Positions 26,300 to 38,655 of a DNA stretch of 64,000 bases are shown in pieces. The stretch is from Haliotis rubra (lineage: Eukaryota): contig NW_025765170.1 in NCBI RefSeq assembly GCF_003918875.1, positions 930,001 through 994,000 of the forward strand, written 5' to 3'. The notes beneath the pieces were generated by a model that worked only from the letters and a program-made list of their open reading frames with translations, searched no databases and had not been told where the DNA came from. How positions within the stretch are numbered: position 1 is the stretch's first letter; each line of letters opens with the position of its first letter. The position numbers and the translations under genes are program-made.

Positions 26300-26500
26300 T
26301 CCTATCTATTCCCTCCGCAAACCCTAGCCTCTATGCCCTATGCGGGCATAGAGAGACATATGTGAAAGCGTAACCATTTCAATATGAAATGAAACATAAA
26401 TTTATATAACCAAAAGACAAAGAAATTGGTCTTATGAAAAACCTTATAACCTTTTAGCAAAAAACCTTAGTCAGATTTTTACCTGTCGTGATATATGTCT
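26300..26500 (-). repeat. Dispersed repeat, inverted homologue of 5085-5405
   Basis: ctagcctct.tgccctatgcgggcatagagagacatatgtgaaagc..aaaagacaaagaaa is the reverse complement of 5130-5230. Confidence 0.8.
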
Positions 26501-26918
26501 ACAGAATATATATTTACCAGCAGGAAACATTTCTCCGTTTATGACGTTGCAGACAGAGTTGTGTAAGCTCCTAACATGATTCTTGACAGGAAATTTAATT
26601 TTAACGTCGAAGTCTTATATGTGACCGATTGTCTCAAGTTTTGATTAAAGATCCACGTGTGTGTTGATTGTAATTATAGCATCTCCCGGATGCAATGCTG
26701 TCTACCAGCTCACATCAAAGCCTAGTTTCTACGAGACTCCAATATTGGCTACGGGACACGTTTGCCTTTGGGTGATGGGTAACAGCGAGCAAACTAATAA
26801 AAATAATTTGCTTAACAAAAGTCTGTTTAATCGCTGGTAGAGATCCATTGGAATGGTTATTCGTGATTACAATTGCTGGTACTGGCTGCGTATGTTTCAA
26901 TTCAATTTTCCTTACTAT

Positions 26919-27045
26919 TAGCTAGAAGTATGCTTAATATGTCTCTCTGGCATGTCTTAATATGTCTCTCCTTAGGACTAGCTACAAGTATGCTTCATAT
27001 GTCTCTCCTTACGACTAGCTACAAGTATGCTTAATATATCTCTCG
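26919..27045. repeat. Short degenerate minisatellite (~40 bp, 3 copies)
   Basis: tagctacaagtatgcttaatatgtctctc repeated. Confidence 0.75.
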
Positions 27046-27079
27046 AGCATCCAGGGGGTCAACGGCAAATAAATGTAAT

Positions 27080-28126
27080 GGTTTACTCCAAAAGGTTAGA
27101 CGTCCCAAAAGTCAGACAAATTAATCAGGCGTGACTGTGATTACAACCTAGTCTTACCCACTCATATAATGAACCTGCCCCATACACAAACGAGATGGTT
27201 TTCACGTTTGTACAGAAATACTTTGATCAGAATATTAATGTTGACTGGGTTCTCCAAATGTGTTTTCACAATGTTCATTTTTTTCATAACCGCATTATAG
27301 ATTTTGCATACTTGTTTTCACAACGTTCACTTTGATCAAAACATGATTATACATTTGTTTTATGTTGTTGAGTTTCCATTAACCTAAAGCAGTTACTGCC
27401 TTCCTAGCATTGTTTTTCCAGCATAAACAATATAAAATATAGAAAGAAGTACAGGGTGTAGGGTTAAAATTCAATTATAACTGGCAAATAATAGGAAAAC
27501 ATTATCCACTCTACCAAATTCAACACTATTTACACAAAATCAACATTCATCCAAACGGCAATGTATCACTTGCCAAATTGCTGAAACAATAGCCCACACT
27601 ATCTTTAACTGCTCAAAATATAATAAACAAACAGTACCTTAATAATGCTAACTCTTCTGATCTCAACATTCTAACAACCCCCAAATTAAGTAAAACAATC
27701 ACTAAATATCTTATTCATACAGACTTATATCAAACAATCTAGAGACAAAAACAACAATACAATAATTCCACTTTTTACCATTTTAAAAATTGTTATAAAT
27801 ATGTATATATGTTCTTTTAACTTTAACTCATTTTTAACCTTTTATTATGTTCATCATTATTCACTTAATAATTATGTTTTTAAATATAGGTTGGTTGTAA
27901 AGCAACATATTAACAAAAATACAATCAAATTGTTTTGTTTCATGTCAAATAAAGTCATTGTCATTATCCATAATCTCTAGCTTCCCTTTGTGTTTGGATT
28001 AGTATAATTGGAGTAGTCCATTAATTAACGAAGGTAACAGTGTAGTGAACCTAAGTGCAACCAACCAAAACCTTTGTTGTTTTAACGCGTCTAACTTTTG
28101 GGACGTCTAACTTTTGGGAGGTCACC
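27080..28126. mobile_element. Non-autonomous DNA transposon with an 8-bp TSD and repeated subterminal motif
   Basis: Left ggtttactccaaaaggttagacgtcccaaaagtcagac; right gtctaacttttgggacgtctaacttttgggaggtcacc; TSD aatgtaat at 27072-27079 and 28127-28134. Confidence 0.85.
27430..27742 (+). pseudogene. I/Nimb-like LINE ORF2 C-terminal CCHC relic
   Basis: Frameshifted YLHKINIHPNG-CITCQIAETIAHTIFNCSKY...ITKYLIHTDLYQTI*: CX2CX7HX4C knuckle followed by a typical ORF2 end. Confidence 0.75.
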
Positions 28127-29514
28127 AATGTAATCATGCTCACATTTATCAGGGGGCACGGGTGTCCCAGTCGTCTGAGGCGCCGCAATTAGCTGTGCAG
28201 AGTTGCGCACGCCAATGCCACCTACAAACGTCAACGACTGCCATGAAGACCATAATACCCCCACAGAGACCACTGTAGCCAAACAAGGCGTCGGTTGTCA
28301 GCCTTTGATCTCAGTTGGCGATGTCTATAGGTTGGGTGCGTTTCTTTTGGAATTGAGCATATTTACGATGATTTCCCAAAGTGCACCGTAGTATATGAGA
28401 ACTATGACTGTTGTGACATCGACCTGCTAAAGGACAGAGACAGCCTTAACCCGCACTCTTATTATAGGTCACCTTCTCAAATATACAAGCAATCATTAAG
28501 AAAGTTTATGAATCTTATAAAATTTTGCCATGAAGTGTGCGCCAATGAAGAAATGGGGAACGTTAAACGTTTAAATTTGAAGGTGGATGTAATTTAAAGA
28601 CGACATGATAAAGAATCTAAAAATTCGGGAAGCAGCTTGACATCGAATACTGATTCAAGAAATGGTAAAATCAGAGGTACATATTTCCTTTCATAATTGC
28701 AACCCCTCTATTAGAGGTAACACACAAAATAATTTTACGATGATATTGAGTGATATGTCATCCACAAATCTTTGGAACGGAAGCTTACTTGACTGGTTTT
28801 TAAATGTGTTTTATCCGCACCGTTCTATTTGGCTGTTTGTCATTAGCAACAGAACAGACCCAGTACCACAAAGTGGCCAAGGTTAGCGCCCCCATTAAGA
28901 CTAATGCATGTGAGCGCAGTTGTATAGACATAGGTTCGCGATGTTAAACTTACTACATAAAACCACGTTCCTTAGAAGAAACTGGGAAGGAACACAAAAC
29001 AACGTGGTATGAATGAGGCTTCTAATGGCATTGATTTTGTTACAAAATGGCTAAAAAAGGCAAACCGTGCCTCTAATAGTTATTACTGTACGTAGGTTTC
29101 CACTATAGACAGCTTACGTCTACTGTTAGTTATTCCGGCGGGACCAATACCGGCAAGTAAGTTGATTAGGAGACGTGTGCTAATTAATTTCACACTTGTT
29201 AGAATATAATGTGTTTGCCACTCCCAAACGGTTCGTCTCGTGTGGTTTATTCCAAATATAGCTTTAAGAATGAGAGAGAGATGTCATTGAAGTTTAACAC
29301 CTCGACCCGAAGATATGGCATAAACGGCGAAGACGTTTTACTTAATTTCCTCCGTCTTACGTCATTAATCATCTGACGTGTAAATTACGTCACTAGATGC
29401 CCAGTTCATTACTGTATCGATGATGTGTGAACAGCTGTGGAGCGATGGGGCTCTGTGTGAGTGTTGATTTAAGTGCAATAGTGAATTGCCCAACTAACTT
29501 GCTGAAGGTTTTTG

Positions 29515-29990
29515 TTTGGTTGTTGTTTTACGCCGCACTCAGCAATGTTCCAGCTAAATGGCGGCGGTCTGTAAATAATCGAGTCTGGTCCAGACAATCC
29601 AGTGATCAACAGCACGAGCAATGATCTACGTTGACACCTGTCAACCAAGTCATCGAGCCTGACCACCCGATCCCGTTACTCGCCTCTTACAAGAACCCGT
29701 GAAGGTCCGGGTTAGAATGTACCTTCAGTAACCTATGCTTGTCGTAAGAGGCGACTAACGGCATCGGGTGGTCAGGCTCGCTGGCTTGGTTGACACTTGT
29801 CATCGGTTCTCAATTGCGCAGATCGATGCTCATGCTGTTGATCACTGGATTGTCTGGTCCAGACTGGATTATTTACAGACCGCCGCCATATAGCTGGAAT
29901 ATGGCTGAGTGCGGTGTACAACTAAACTGACTCACTCACTTACGACAAGCATGGGTTACTGAAGGCCAATTCTAACCCTGATCTTCAATG
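29515..29990 (-). mobile_element. Family B copy interrupted by an opposite-strand family B copy
   Basis: Body 29515-29690 resumes at 29941 (tacgacaagcatgggttactgaagg). Confidence 0.85.
29696..29940 (+). mobile_element. SINE-like family B, full-length nested copy
   Basis: cccgtgaaggtccgggttagaatgtaccttcag...ctcactcact. Confidence 0.9.
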
Positions 29991-30271
29991 ATGTTTTTTC
30001 AGTTTTCATGGGTCACTTGCTGGAGGAAACTTTGGAAGTAAGTGAATGTTTTGAGTTAAACCTTGTCCTAAATACCATTCCACGACATGTCTCTCCTTGG
30101 TGAACACTTCGTGTCATCACTGAAGTGCTTTGAATTTAAACCCGTGAAGGACCGCGTTAGAACTGGTCTTCAGCAACCCACTCTTCCCTTCCTTTGCCTA
30201 CTCTTACCCTTTCTTTTCCCTACTCTTCCTTCAAGTGCCTATCCTACCACCTTGAGTCTCATATCGTTGTT

Positions 30272-30436
30272 GGGGCTTTGGGGTAGCCTAGTGGTTAAAG
30301 CGTTGCTCGTCACGCCGAGGACCCGTGTTCGATTCCCCACATGGGTACAATGTGTGAAACCCATATCTGGTGTCCCTCGCGTGATATTGCTGGAATATTG
30401 CTAAAGCGGCGTAAAACTAAACTCACTCACTCACTC
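30272..30436 (+). mobile_element. SINE family A
   Basis: A-box tagcctagtgg, B-box gttcgattcc, tail actcactcactc. Confidence 0.9.
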
Positions 30437-31091
30437 CTACCGTTGTTTCTTTGCCTTTGCACGTGTTTGTGATGGGTACGACCTGTGTTTCTCCCGCCTC
30501 ACAGATGCACCTTGATGATGTTTATAGGTTCAAAAGCGAAACATTCCAGAATAAACTTTATTTCAGGATAAAACAGCCTCAAATAAACATTAAAGTCAGG
30601 TATTGTTTCTCTTTCATTCTGCTGTCAGTGTATCTTTACTGAGGAACGAAGAATTGGCTAACATTTCCCATAGGCCAACATTTCCATGATTAAAGAAAAG
30701 AAGCATCATTTTCTCCAAGACCTGCATAACTTAAAAACTGTTGTACTGTTCAAAGCGGCGCTAAATCCACGCACCCACTCACTAACTCCAGCAAAGCCAA
30801 TCAAGTCTGGCCACGCACACTTTGAGCTATAGTACCACTTTAAGTTGACTTCTTGATCGAAACTAAACGCCTTTTCGCTGACGTAAATAGAAATGGTGCT
30901 TTTCACACACTCAAATGCACCCACCTAGAGCAATTCCGGATTAGAATAGGTCCCAATCAACCTAAGAATACCGTAATAGGCGACTAAATGGAACGCTGTT
31001 CAGGACTGGTGACGGTTTGCTGGGTGTCATTGCACATTGCAGATTATTTACAGCTGTTGTCTTGAAACTGGAATCCTGCGTTGAACGACAA

Positions 31092-31256
31092 TGAGTGAGT
31101 GAGTACATTTTTACTTCGCTTTTAGCAATATTCTAGCAATATCACGGCGAGGGACACCAGAAATAGGCTTCACTCATTGTACCCATGTGGGCAATCGAAC
31201 CCGGGTGTTAGACGTGACAAGCGAAAGCTGTAACATCTAGGCTACCCCACCGCCCC
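31092..31256 (-). mobile_element. SINE family A
   Basis: TSD ttgaacgacaa at 31081-31091 and 31257-31267. Confidence 0.9.
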
Positions 31257-31704
31257 TTGAACGACAAACAAACTGACATGATGGATTGTACCCGTCACCT
31301 TTGTCGACAGTCTAACACAATGTTTAAACATTTGCGTTGTTTATTTGACATTTAACTAAGCATTTTTCAAAGCTATATGCCGGCGTTCTGTAAGTAATCG
31401 AGTCTGGATCACAGAATCCAATGACTGACATTATGAGCACGAATCCACTCAGTTGGGACGCAATGACATACATTGACCAAATCAGCGAGCATGACTCTCC
31501 GATGCCGTCAGTCGACTCTTACGGCAAGCATGTTCTTCAAGTTCTTCGTACAAATTTAGCCTCTCATACGAGACAATATTCAACTAAAAACGTGTATTTA
31601 CGCCCCAAATCTTTGGAAACACTATTTTATGGATACACATTTATAGACAAGACTCATGTCCTGAATGCATTGTGACTTTTTGTGAGTTGAGTTTTTATTC
31701 ATTG

Positions 31705-31925
31705 CAGCTAAAAAAAATAAATCAAAAATCAAAAACCAAAAACAAAACAAAGCGAAAGCAAAACACAAACAAAACAAAACATGAAAAAAACCCAGAAACA
31801 ACACCCCCCCCCAAAAAAAAACAACAACAAACAAAACAAAACAAGAAAGAAACGCTCCAAAAAGTAAAGAACAGAGAAATTATTAGTTAAATAAATAAAA
31901 ACAATTCAATAAATCATAATAAATT
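31705..31925. repeat. A-rich low-complexity tract
   Basis: (CAAAA)n and (CAA)n-like runs. Confidence 0.85.
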
Positions 31926-33112
31926 ATACCTTGAACGATTCTTATTATATTATGAGAACGTAGGAACTGTCAAATAGCGATGTGTGTCAAATAGTGATGT
32001 GTTTGCGGAAATATATTCTGACCACTGATCACAGCCATCCCGAACACATGCAAAGGAAAGTCAATTTTTAACTAAAAATCGGAAACATGTCAAGAGTAAA
32101 AAAAACTGGCGGCACCCGTCAAATAGAAATCAAGCCAACCTTCTGAAAATATCAACAAAAAATTATACGTTTTACGTGATCCTCTCGAGAGCTAGAGCTG
32201 GAGTGACATCGTCGTCTAAAGTGACGTATTTCGCTGTGAAGAGCTGCATCCCTATGGCACGACAGGAACCCACGATTATGAGGTTGAATTCCGGTTCTCC
32301 CCGATTACGTTTCTAGGTTTTTCAGCACCATACCTTTGCTCGCACATTACGTTGACACGCCTTGATATGATTGGAATACTGTTCAAATTGGCGTTAAAAC
32401 CCAACTCATTCACTCACAATGAGGTCCTTTATAGCTGATTCCAATTCCGATCAAAATATACAGATCCCATGACTGAAAGCGTCAGATTCGATGATCAATA
32501 GCAGAGGCTTTACTTTTGATCATAAAATAAATCTTGACGAACATAATTGAAAATTCACTATTTAAGCTTTGTCACCCTAGGGAAATAGAAAGAACCCGAA
32601 GAAAGTTGTTAAAATCTTTAATGTCAAAAGCTGATATTGCACAGATTTTAACCACCCCCGTTCATTGAACTGAATATCCCTAAGGATTATCCCTCTCAGA
32701 TTATATGGTCTATACAAGTGCTGTTGAAGACCCTCGTTTTCCTAGTATTGCTACCTTTATCACTTTAGATCCATCATTACATCAGCAGAATTACACCTTG
32801 AACACTTCCATAAAAAATGTCCGCTTCGCACTAGTAGGAGATTCTTACGTTAAGATCTCCTAACTTTAACGATTTCATTCCCCTGGGATGGAGGATGGGC
32901 TGGCGGAATTAGGGGCGGTGATAGTGGCAGGAGGGGAAGAAACGGGACCACTAGACCGGGAGAACATTAGACAAGCCTTGTCATTTCTGTGATTTGTTGT
33001 GAAGATTAAACTGATGTAAAAAGCAAGTCTTGAGTATTTAACGATTGTGTGATCTTCACTATGACTCCGTTCACACGATGGGGTGAAGAAATGAAAAGAG
33101 ATGGTGAGGAGA

Positions 33113-33215
33113 GGATGGGACAAAAACCCATCCGGACAAAATCCCAACCTGATAAAATCTCATAGGAAAAAATCCCATGGGACCAAATATCTGCACACTG
33201 CGGACAAAATCCCCA
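33113..33215. repeat. Subterminal-type repeat array (ggacaaaatccc), probable DNA-transposon end fragment
   Basis: About 6 degenerate copies of ggacaaaatccc at ~15-bp spacing. Confidence 0.55.
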
Positions 33216-33338
33216 AAATTGGGAACCGATGACATGTGTCAACCAAGCCAGCGAGCCTGACCACCCGATCCCGTTAGTCGCCTCTTACGACAAGCATGGG
33301 TTACTGAAGGTACATTCTAACCCGGACCTTCACGGGTC
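33215..33338 (-). mobile_element. Family B 5' half with a consensus-like structured head
   Basis: Reverse complement of 33270-33336 = CCCGTGAAGGTCCGGGTTAGAATGTACCTTCAGTAACCCATGCTTGTCGTAAGAGGCGACTAACGGG. Confidence 0.9.
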
Positions 33339-33339
33339 T

Positions 33340-33770
33340 GGGGAAAGAAAGGAAAGAAGAGGAGAGTTGGGTGTGGAAAGGTAGGATAATGGGAGCAGGA
33401 GAACTTGGGCTTGGAAAGGAAGCGAAAAGATTAAAGAAGGGGAAATGTAGGTTATGCAAGGTAAGTGTAATGGGAGTAGGAGAACTTAGGCCAGCAACGG
33501 AAGGGGAGAAGGGGCTTTGGAATGGTCGGGTAGAAAAGGGTGAAGATGGAGAGTTAGATAGAGGTAGATCATAGTGGTAGGAAAGGCTCGAAGAAGGAAG
33601 GGTAGTAAAAGAAAAGAAATGGAAGAGTGATGTATGGCAGGCAAAGAAAAGGAAGAGCTGGCAAAATAATGAACGCGAAGGGAAGTGTGAGGAAGAACAG
33701 AGAAAGAAAGTGTAGAGCAAAGAATGGTAGGATAGGGAAGGGAAAAGTAGAGGAGAGGATGAGAAGAAAA
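33340..33770. repeat. Purine-rich (G/A) low-complexity tract
   Basis: Strong plus-strand purine skew; the ORFs here are compositional artefacts. Confidence 0.8.
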
Positions 33771-34621
33771 ACATTCCCACAGTACTCGAAATGCTTTTAT
33801 ATACGACTACGTCTTTCAGCAACCCTTCAACTCTGAAACCACTGGCAGCGGAGCACAAATTCCCTCTGGCAGTGTGTTCAGAATGTTACTGTCCATTTGT
33901 TTTGTACAGAAAGCACAACCTTTTAATCATTCTCACTGAAACAACACGACACTGAAAGCTGAATCAGATGCTTTATGTAAAGGATCACGATAATGACTGT
34001 TATTAGTGTCAAGTTTCTTCTAAGCATCATCATCAGCATAAAAATCCCCCACTTACCGGAATCTGAAGAACTAAGTGGCATTGGCCAACGTTATTTCACT
34101 TTTTTTCCTTAAAGGTTAGAGTATTTTATAGAATTGTAGAAAACATGTTTTTCTCGAATCTTTCTGGAAGTTTAAAAGGACAGGACGCCGAGACCCAAAA
34201 TTTCCCGTTTGCATTGTTGTCGTGATAACTTTGTTTGCCATTTGTGATCAGCTGTGTTCAGAATATCAGAAGTCCGTGTTCTGGAGGTCAGTTGTATTCG
34301 TTGTGAAGATTTTCGTCCCTTGGTCACACCAGGAACCTAAGATCGTTGGTACGAATACCGGATCATTTCGATATTGATTCGATATTGTTGTCTGATATCG
34401 AACTGACAAATACCTAATCATGAATGATTTGAATCACGATTCGATCTAATTGCCTTTCTTGAATGGGTAGAACGATGAAGGTACTTTCGCATTAAGGTGC
34501 TTAAAAGTGCATAAACGTCAAATCCATAAATTAGGATTGTCCTAAAGCATCAAGTTGACAAGGCACGCGGCAGTAGAAATATTATTCAAACGCATTCATT
34601 TACGTTTTCTTTAACAACTAA

Positions 34622-34870
34622 CCCGTGAAGATCCAAGTTAAAATGTGTTATGCAACAACCCATGCTTGTCGCAAGAGGTGACTAACGGGATCGGGTGGTC
34701 AGGCTTGCTGGCTTTGTTGACACATGTCATGTATCCCAATTGCATAGATCGATGCTCATGTTGTTGATCACTGGGTTGTCTGCTCCAAACTCGATTATTT
34801 ACAGACCGCTGGACAGCTATATATAGGTGGAGTATTGCTGAGAGCGGCATTAAACAACAAACCAGCCAAC
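34622..34870 (+). mobile_element. SINE-like family B copy
   Basis: Head cccgtgaagatcc, body, (caac)n tail. Confidence 0.85.
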
Positions 34871-35796
34871 CAACTTACAATATACAATTTAAACAGGTTA
34901 GTTTACATGTTCGTGTTATCTCAAGACTCCCTCTACTGGTAGTTTTAGTATATCCCAGGCCATTCTTGTTAACAACTTTAAGGAATAAATCTGCAGTCAA
35001 TGTACTCGTCCGATGTGATGCCTTGTTTCCGACAGATATATGTTGATTAGTGAGGTCCGATGCCCGTCAGTCAGTTGCAGACTTCAAGTCCTGTCTGCAG
35101 ATCATGTTGTATTAGCCACACGGTTACTTGAAAGTTCAAAATCGATATAATAAATTAAGTTAGTCGTCGCCTAACTGTGACAAGCGAAAACTCAACCAAT
35201 AAACTCCACTGGTAGACCATACGTCTTATGTTAATCGACTCAGCTTATGCCCTTGATGAACAGCCGGTTCCGAAAAGGTCCATGGGAATCTGTGCTTGCT
35301 GTCCCGGCTTAATTTGCCAGCGTTTAATTACAATGTCTACTGGGTTCGATGTAGATAAAAAAATGAGAATAATATATTGAAACTATCAGGCTATCCCGTG
35401 TGAGGGGCGGTTGGGTAGCCTAGTGGTTAAAGCTTTCTCTCGTCACGCCGAATACCCGGGTTTGATTCTCTACATGGGGAATAAGTAATACATTCAAATA
35501 TTAGCAAACTTTGTTCCAGATTACTGGACCGTGGAAGCCAATATTGGCATGGTCCTGTTCTAAACGCATGGGATACCAGGGAACCATTCCAACCACCAAC
35601 CTTCACGGAGTAGCCGATCATGCGGTGCAGGGTCCTGTTCTGACCGTGACAGTGGTTGACACCCAATTGACGACTACATACTGGATTCAAACGAGTCAAG
35701 CTGCTATACAGATGTACATATATATGCGTAAAATGTTTACTTGATGATCAATTGTTAATGCCACATGGCTGGAAGGTTTCATTGTAATTGGAAAAA

Positions 35797-36058
35797 GTGA
35801 GTGAGTGAGTTTAGTTTTACGCCGCACTCAGCATATATTCCAGCTATATGGCGGCGGTCTGTAAATAATCGAGTCTGGACCAGACAATCCAGTGATTAAC
35901 AGCATGAGCATCGATCTGCACAATTGGGAACCGGTGTCAACCAAGTCAGCGAGCCTGACCACCCGATCCCGTAAGGCGCCTTTTACGACAAGCATAGTCG
36001 CCTTTTGTGGCAAGCATGGTTTGCTGAAGACCTATTCTACCCCGGATCTTCACGGGTC
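35797..36058 (-). mobile_element. Family B copy (variant with duplicated head hairpin) inserted in the tail of a family C SINE
   Basis: Flanked by ggaaaa(a)gtgag on both sides. Confidence 0.85.
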
Positions 36059-36064
36059 GGAAAA

Positions 36065-36382
36065 GTGAGGTGAAATGGGGTTTAACGTCGTACGTAAGAA
36101 TATTACGCACATAACACGACGTGCATGCATGTGTATGCGTGGCTCTTGTACTAGCCCAGACATAAGCTGGTTTTATAGTGTTAGCCCACTGAGATACCAT
36201 GCCGCAGTGAAGCATGAATTCCCTACTCAGACACATTATACTGACTCCGAGCCGACCAGTCCTTGTTTTTTAGTGCCGAGCGTCAGACAGGGAACAACAA
36301 GTACCATATTTTAACGGGAATCAAACCCGCGACCTTCCGCTCTCCGGGGGGACGCTCTAACCATTACACCACGGAGGCGGTC
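36065..36382 (-). mobile_element. Meta/MESC-domain SINE (family C)
   Basis: Homologous to 19302-19647; outer TSD gtaattgga at 35784-35792 and 36384-36392 encloses both the B and C copies. Confidence 0.85.
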
Positions 36383-37393
36383 GGTAATTGGATAAAATCA
36401 TCCATACATTGTCATTCTTCCTTGCTGTACAGTTGTGTATAATTACATCACATTTTACTTGATGATTAAATATCAATACCACATGGCTGGAAAGTTTCAA
36501 TGTCTTCGGGTAAAATCTACATCAAAATGTATTCATCATAATCAGAACAATGTTTTCAAATTGCTTTTTGATCAAACGGTAAATCAGCAGTAGCTGTCAT
36601 TCAGGCATGCGCTCTAAATTACAAGAAAAACAGCTGAGGCGGATAATTATTCATAGAGGAAGATTTAGTTCAATCCTCAATAAAGAGGCAAAATCTTAAA
36701 ACTTAAACTGTTAAGGCGTCAGATTTTCCTTTAAATCTTTGAAACCAATCAATAATTTAGTTTTTGAAATGTATTCAATTTTAGAACGTTTTCTTCAACT
36801 GCACCTCCGTATATGCTAGATATAACAACGATAATTTGTGTCCGTGTCGGTTACCATATTGGTAGGGGTAATTGGCTGGGTAGGTAATAGGACTGTATGA
36901 TATGTTGCTAACCCCATTTTAATTTCATCTCAGTTTCAAGATAAAATGCATTTATTAGAATGTTTTTCATGATCCCGCATAATAAGTGACAACAAGTGCT
37001 TATAATGTTTAAATCTGAAGAAACATCATTCGAAAAGATAAGAAAGAACGGTGTCATTTTCTCATACTCTCCTCATGTAGCAGCTTTTAAATATAACTTG
37101 CCCCTACTTTTGCTGTGTCACTATTTCATGACCAATCTTTCATCCTTCGCCTCCTAAACTCAGTTGTAATATACTACCAGTTCCTTAGCGCATTCCGGTC
37201 GCGTGAGTTCCTCAGAAGAAGAAAGATACAAACATTCCTAAAAAGAATTGCCATTTCACGCCATATAAGTGTTGAAGTGGTGACAATAATACCATGACGA
37301 GTTGTGAGAACAGCCTTTTAGTTACGGCTGAGTCCTTTGCGTCCATTTTATATGGAATCATTCAACGCACCGAGTCGCGATGTTGCGCGCTTG

Positions 37394-37435
<42 letters not shown>

Positions 37436-37456
37436 GTATCTATCTATCTATCTATC
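37394..37456. repeat. (TATC)n microsatellite
   Basis: About 15 tatc units. Confidence 0.95.
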
Positions 37457-38422
37457 GATTGATCGACTCCAGTATCAGTGTTATTGCTGAATGCGACGTT
37501 CAACATGATTCACTCTCTAACTACCTATTACTGACCTGAAGATATTACCAACCACTTGCATCAACAGTGTGCTGTAAGTGGCGGCGCTCAATTGCTCCAT
37601 ATGACGATACCGAGGTTTGTGGAGATCAGACAAATTGATTTTGTGGTAATAAAACGTCTTTCGGTTATAACAGAAAATTAGAATACTCAAATTTCAAATT
37701 GTAAGTAGGTTGTTACCTCTCCTGGTTATTCTGTTGACCTCATATGTCTCTTTGAAGTTAATTCCATATGATATAATTCAAAAATGTGTGTTTGATTCAG
37801 TGCAGAGAGTGCAGGTTTAAATTTCATCTGGATCATGGTAACATCCCGATGGTTTAAGAACGTTATATAAGGGAAGTGATGTTTTTAGGCAGCATGAGTG
37901 CATGGCGAGCAGGCTGCCCTATTTCTTAAAGCGCTTTTTAACAGTCACCACATGACTATTGTTCAAACAGAGCCCGACATCCGATATTTGTATGTATGTT
38001 TGTGAGCGTGTGCGTGTGCGTGTGCGTGTGCGTGTACGTGTGCATGTGTTAAGGAACATTTTGTTTTACGTTCCTAAATAATTCTTATCTCTTTATTTTG
38101 GAGATATGATCTTGTTTTTGGTGGCCGAATTATCAGATTCGCTGATAATACTCCCAGCCTCCTTTTTATCACACAATTCCTACATCGGCCCATTTACATC
38201 TATTTGTTTCGGGTTCTTGTTGAACGTTGCACTGCAATGTAATAATAGTCCTGCCATTCCACGTTAAAGGATTGGGTCTGAACCAGACAATGCAGTGATT
38301 GACCTGTTAACTAAGTCACAGGATCCGCCCATCCGATCCATTTAGTCGCCGCTGACATGCATACTAAATACATCGGATGTAAAAGCATTACCTGTGTCTG
38401 AAAACATTCCTCAGTGTACATA

Positions 38423-38655
38423 CCCGTGAAGGTCCGGGTTAGAATATTGATCTTCAGTAACCAATGCTTGTCGTAAGAGGCGACTAACCGGATCGGGTGG
38501 TCAGGCTCGCTGACCTGGTTGACACATGTCATCGGTTCCCAATTGCGCAGGTCGATGCTCATGCTGTTGATCACTGGATTGTCTGGTCTAGACTCGATTG
38601 TTTACAGACCGCCGCCATATAGCTGGAATATGCGGCGTAAAACTATACTTACTCA
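38423..38655 (+). mobile_element. SINE-like family B, full length
   Basis: TSD tcctca(g/a)tgtaca(t/c)a directly abuts the cccgtgaagg head. Confidence 0.9.

Noticed and set aside
33270-33336. Assignment of the family B head as a canonical HDV-like ribozyme
   Set aside because: The CTAA-plus-closing-helix end resembles J4/2-P2, but there is no 3-bp P3 with a 7-nt L3, no P1.1 GG and no upstream P1 strand; left unclassified
33301-33858. 185-aa S/P/F/L-rich ORF
   Set aside because: Product of a pyrimidine-rich strand running into a SINE; low complexity
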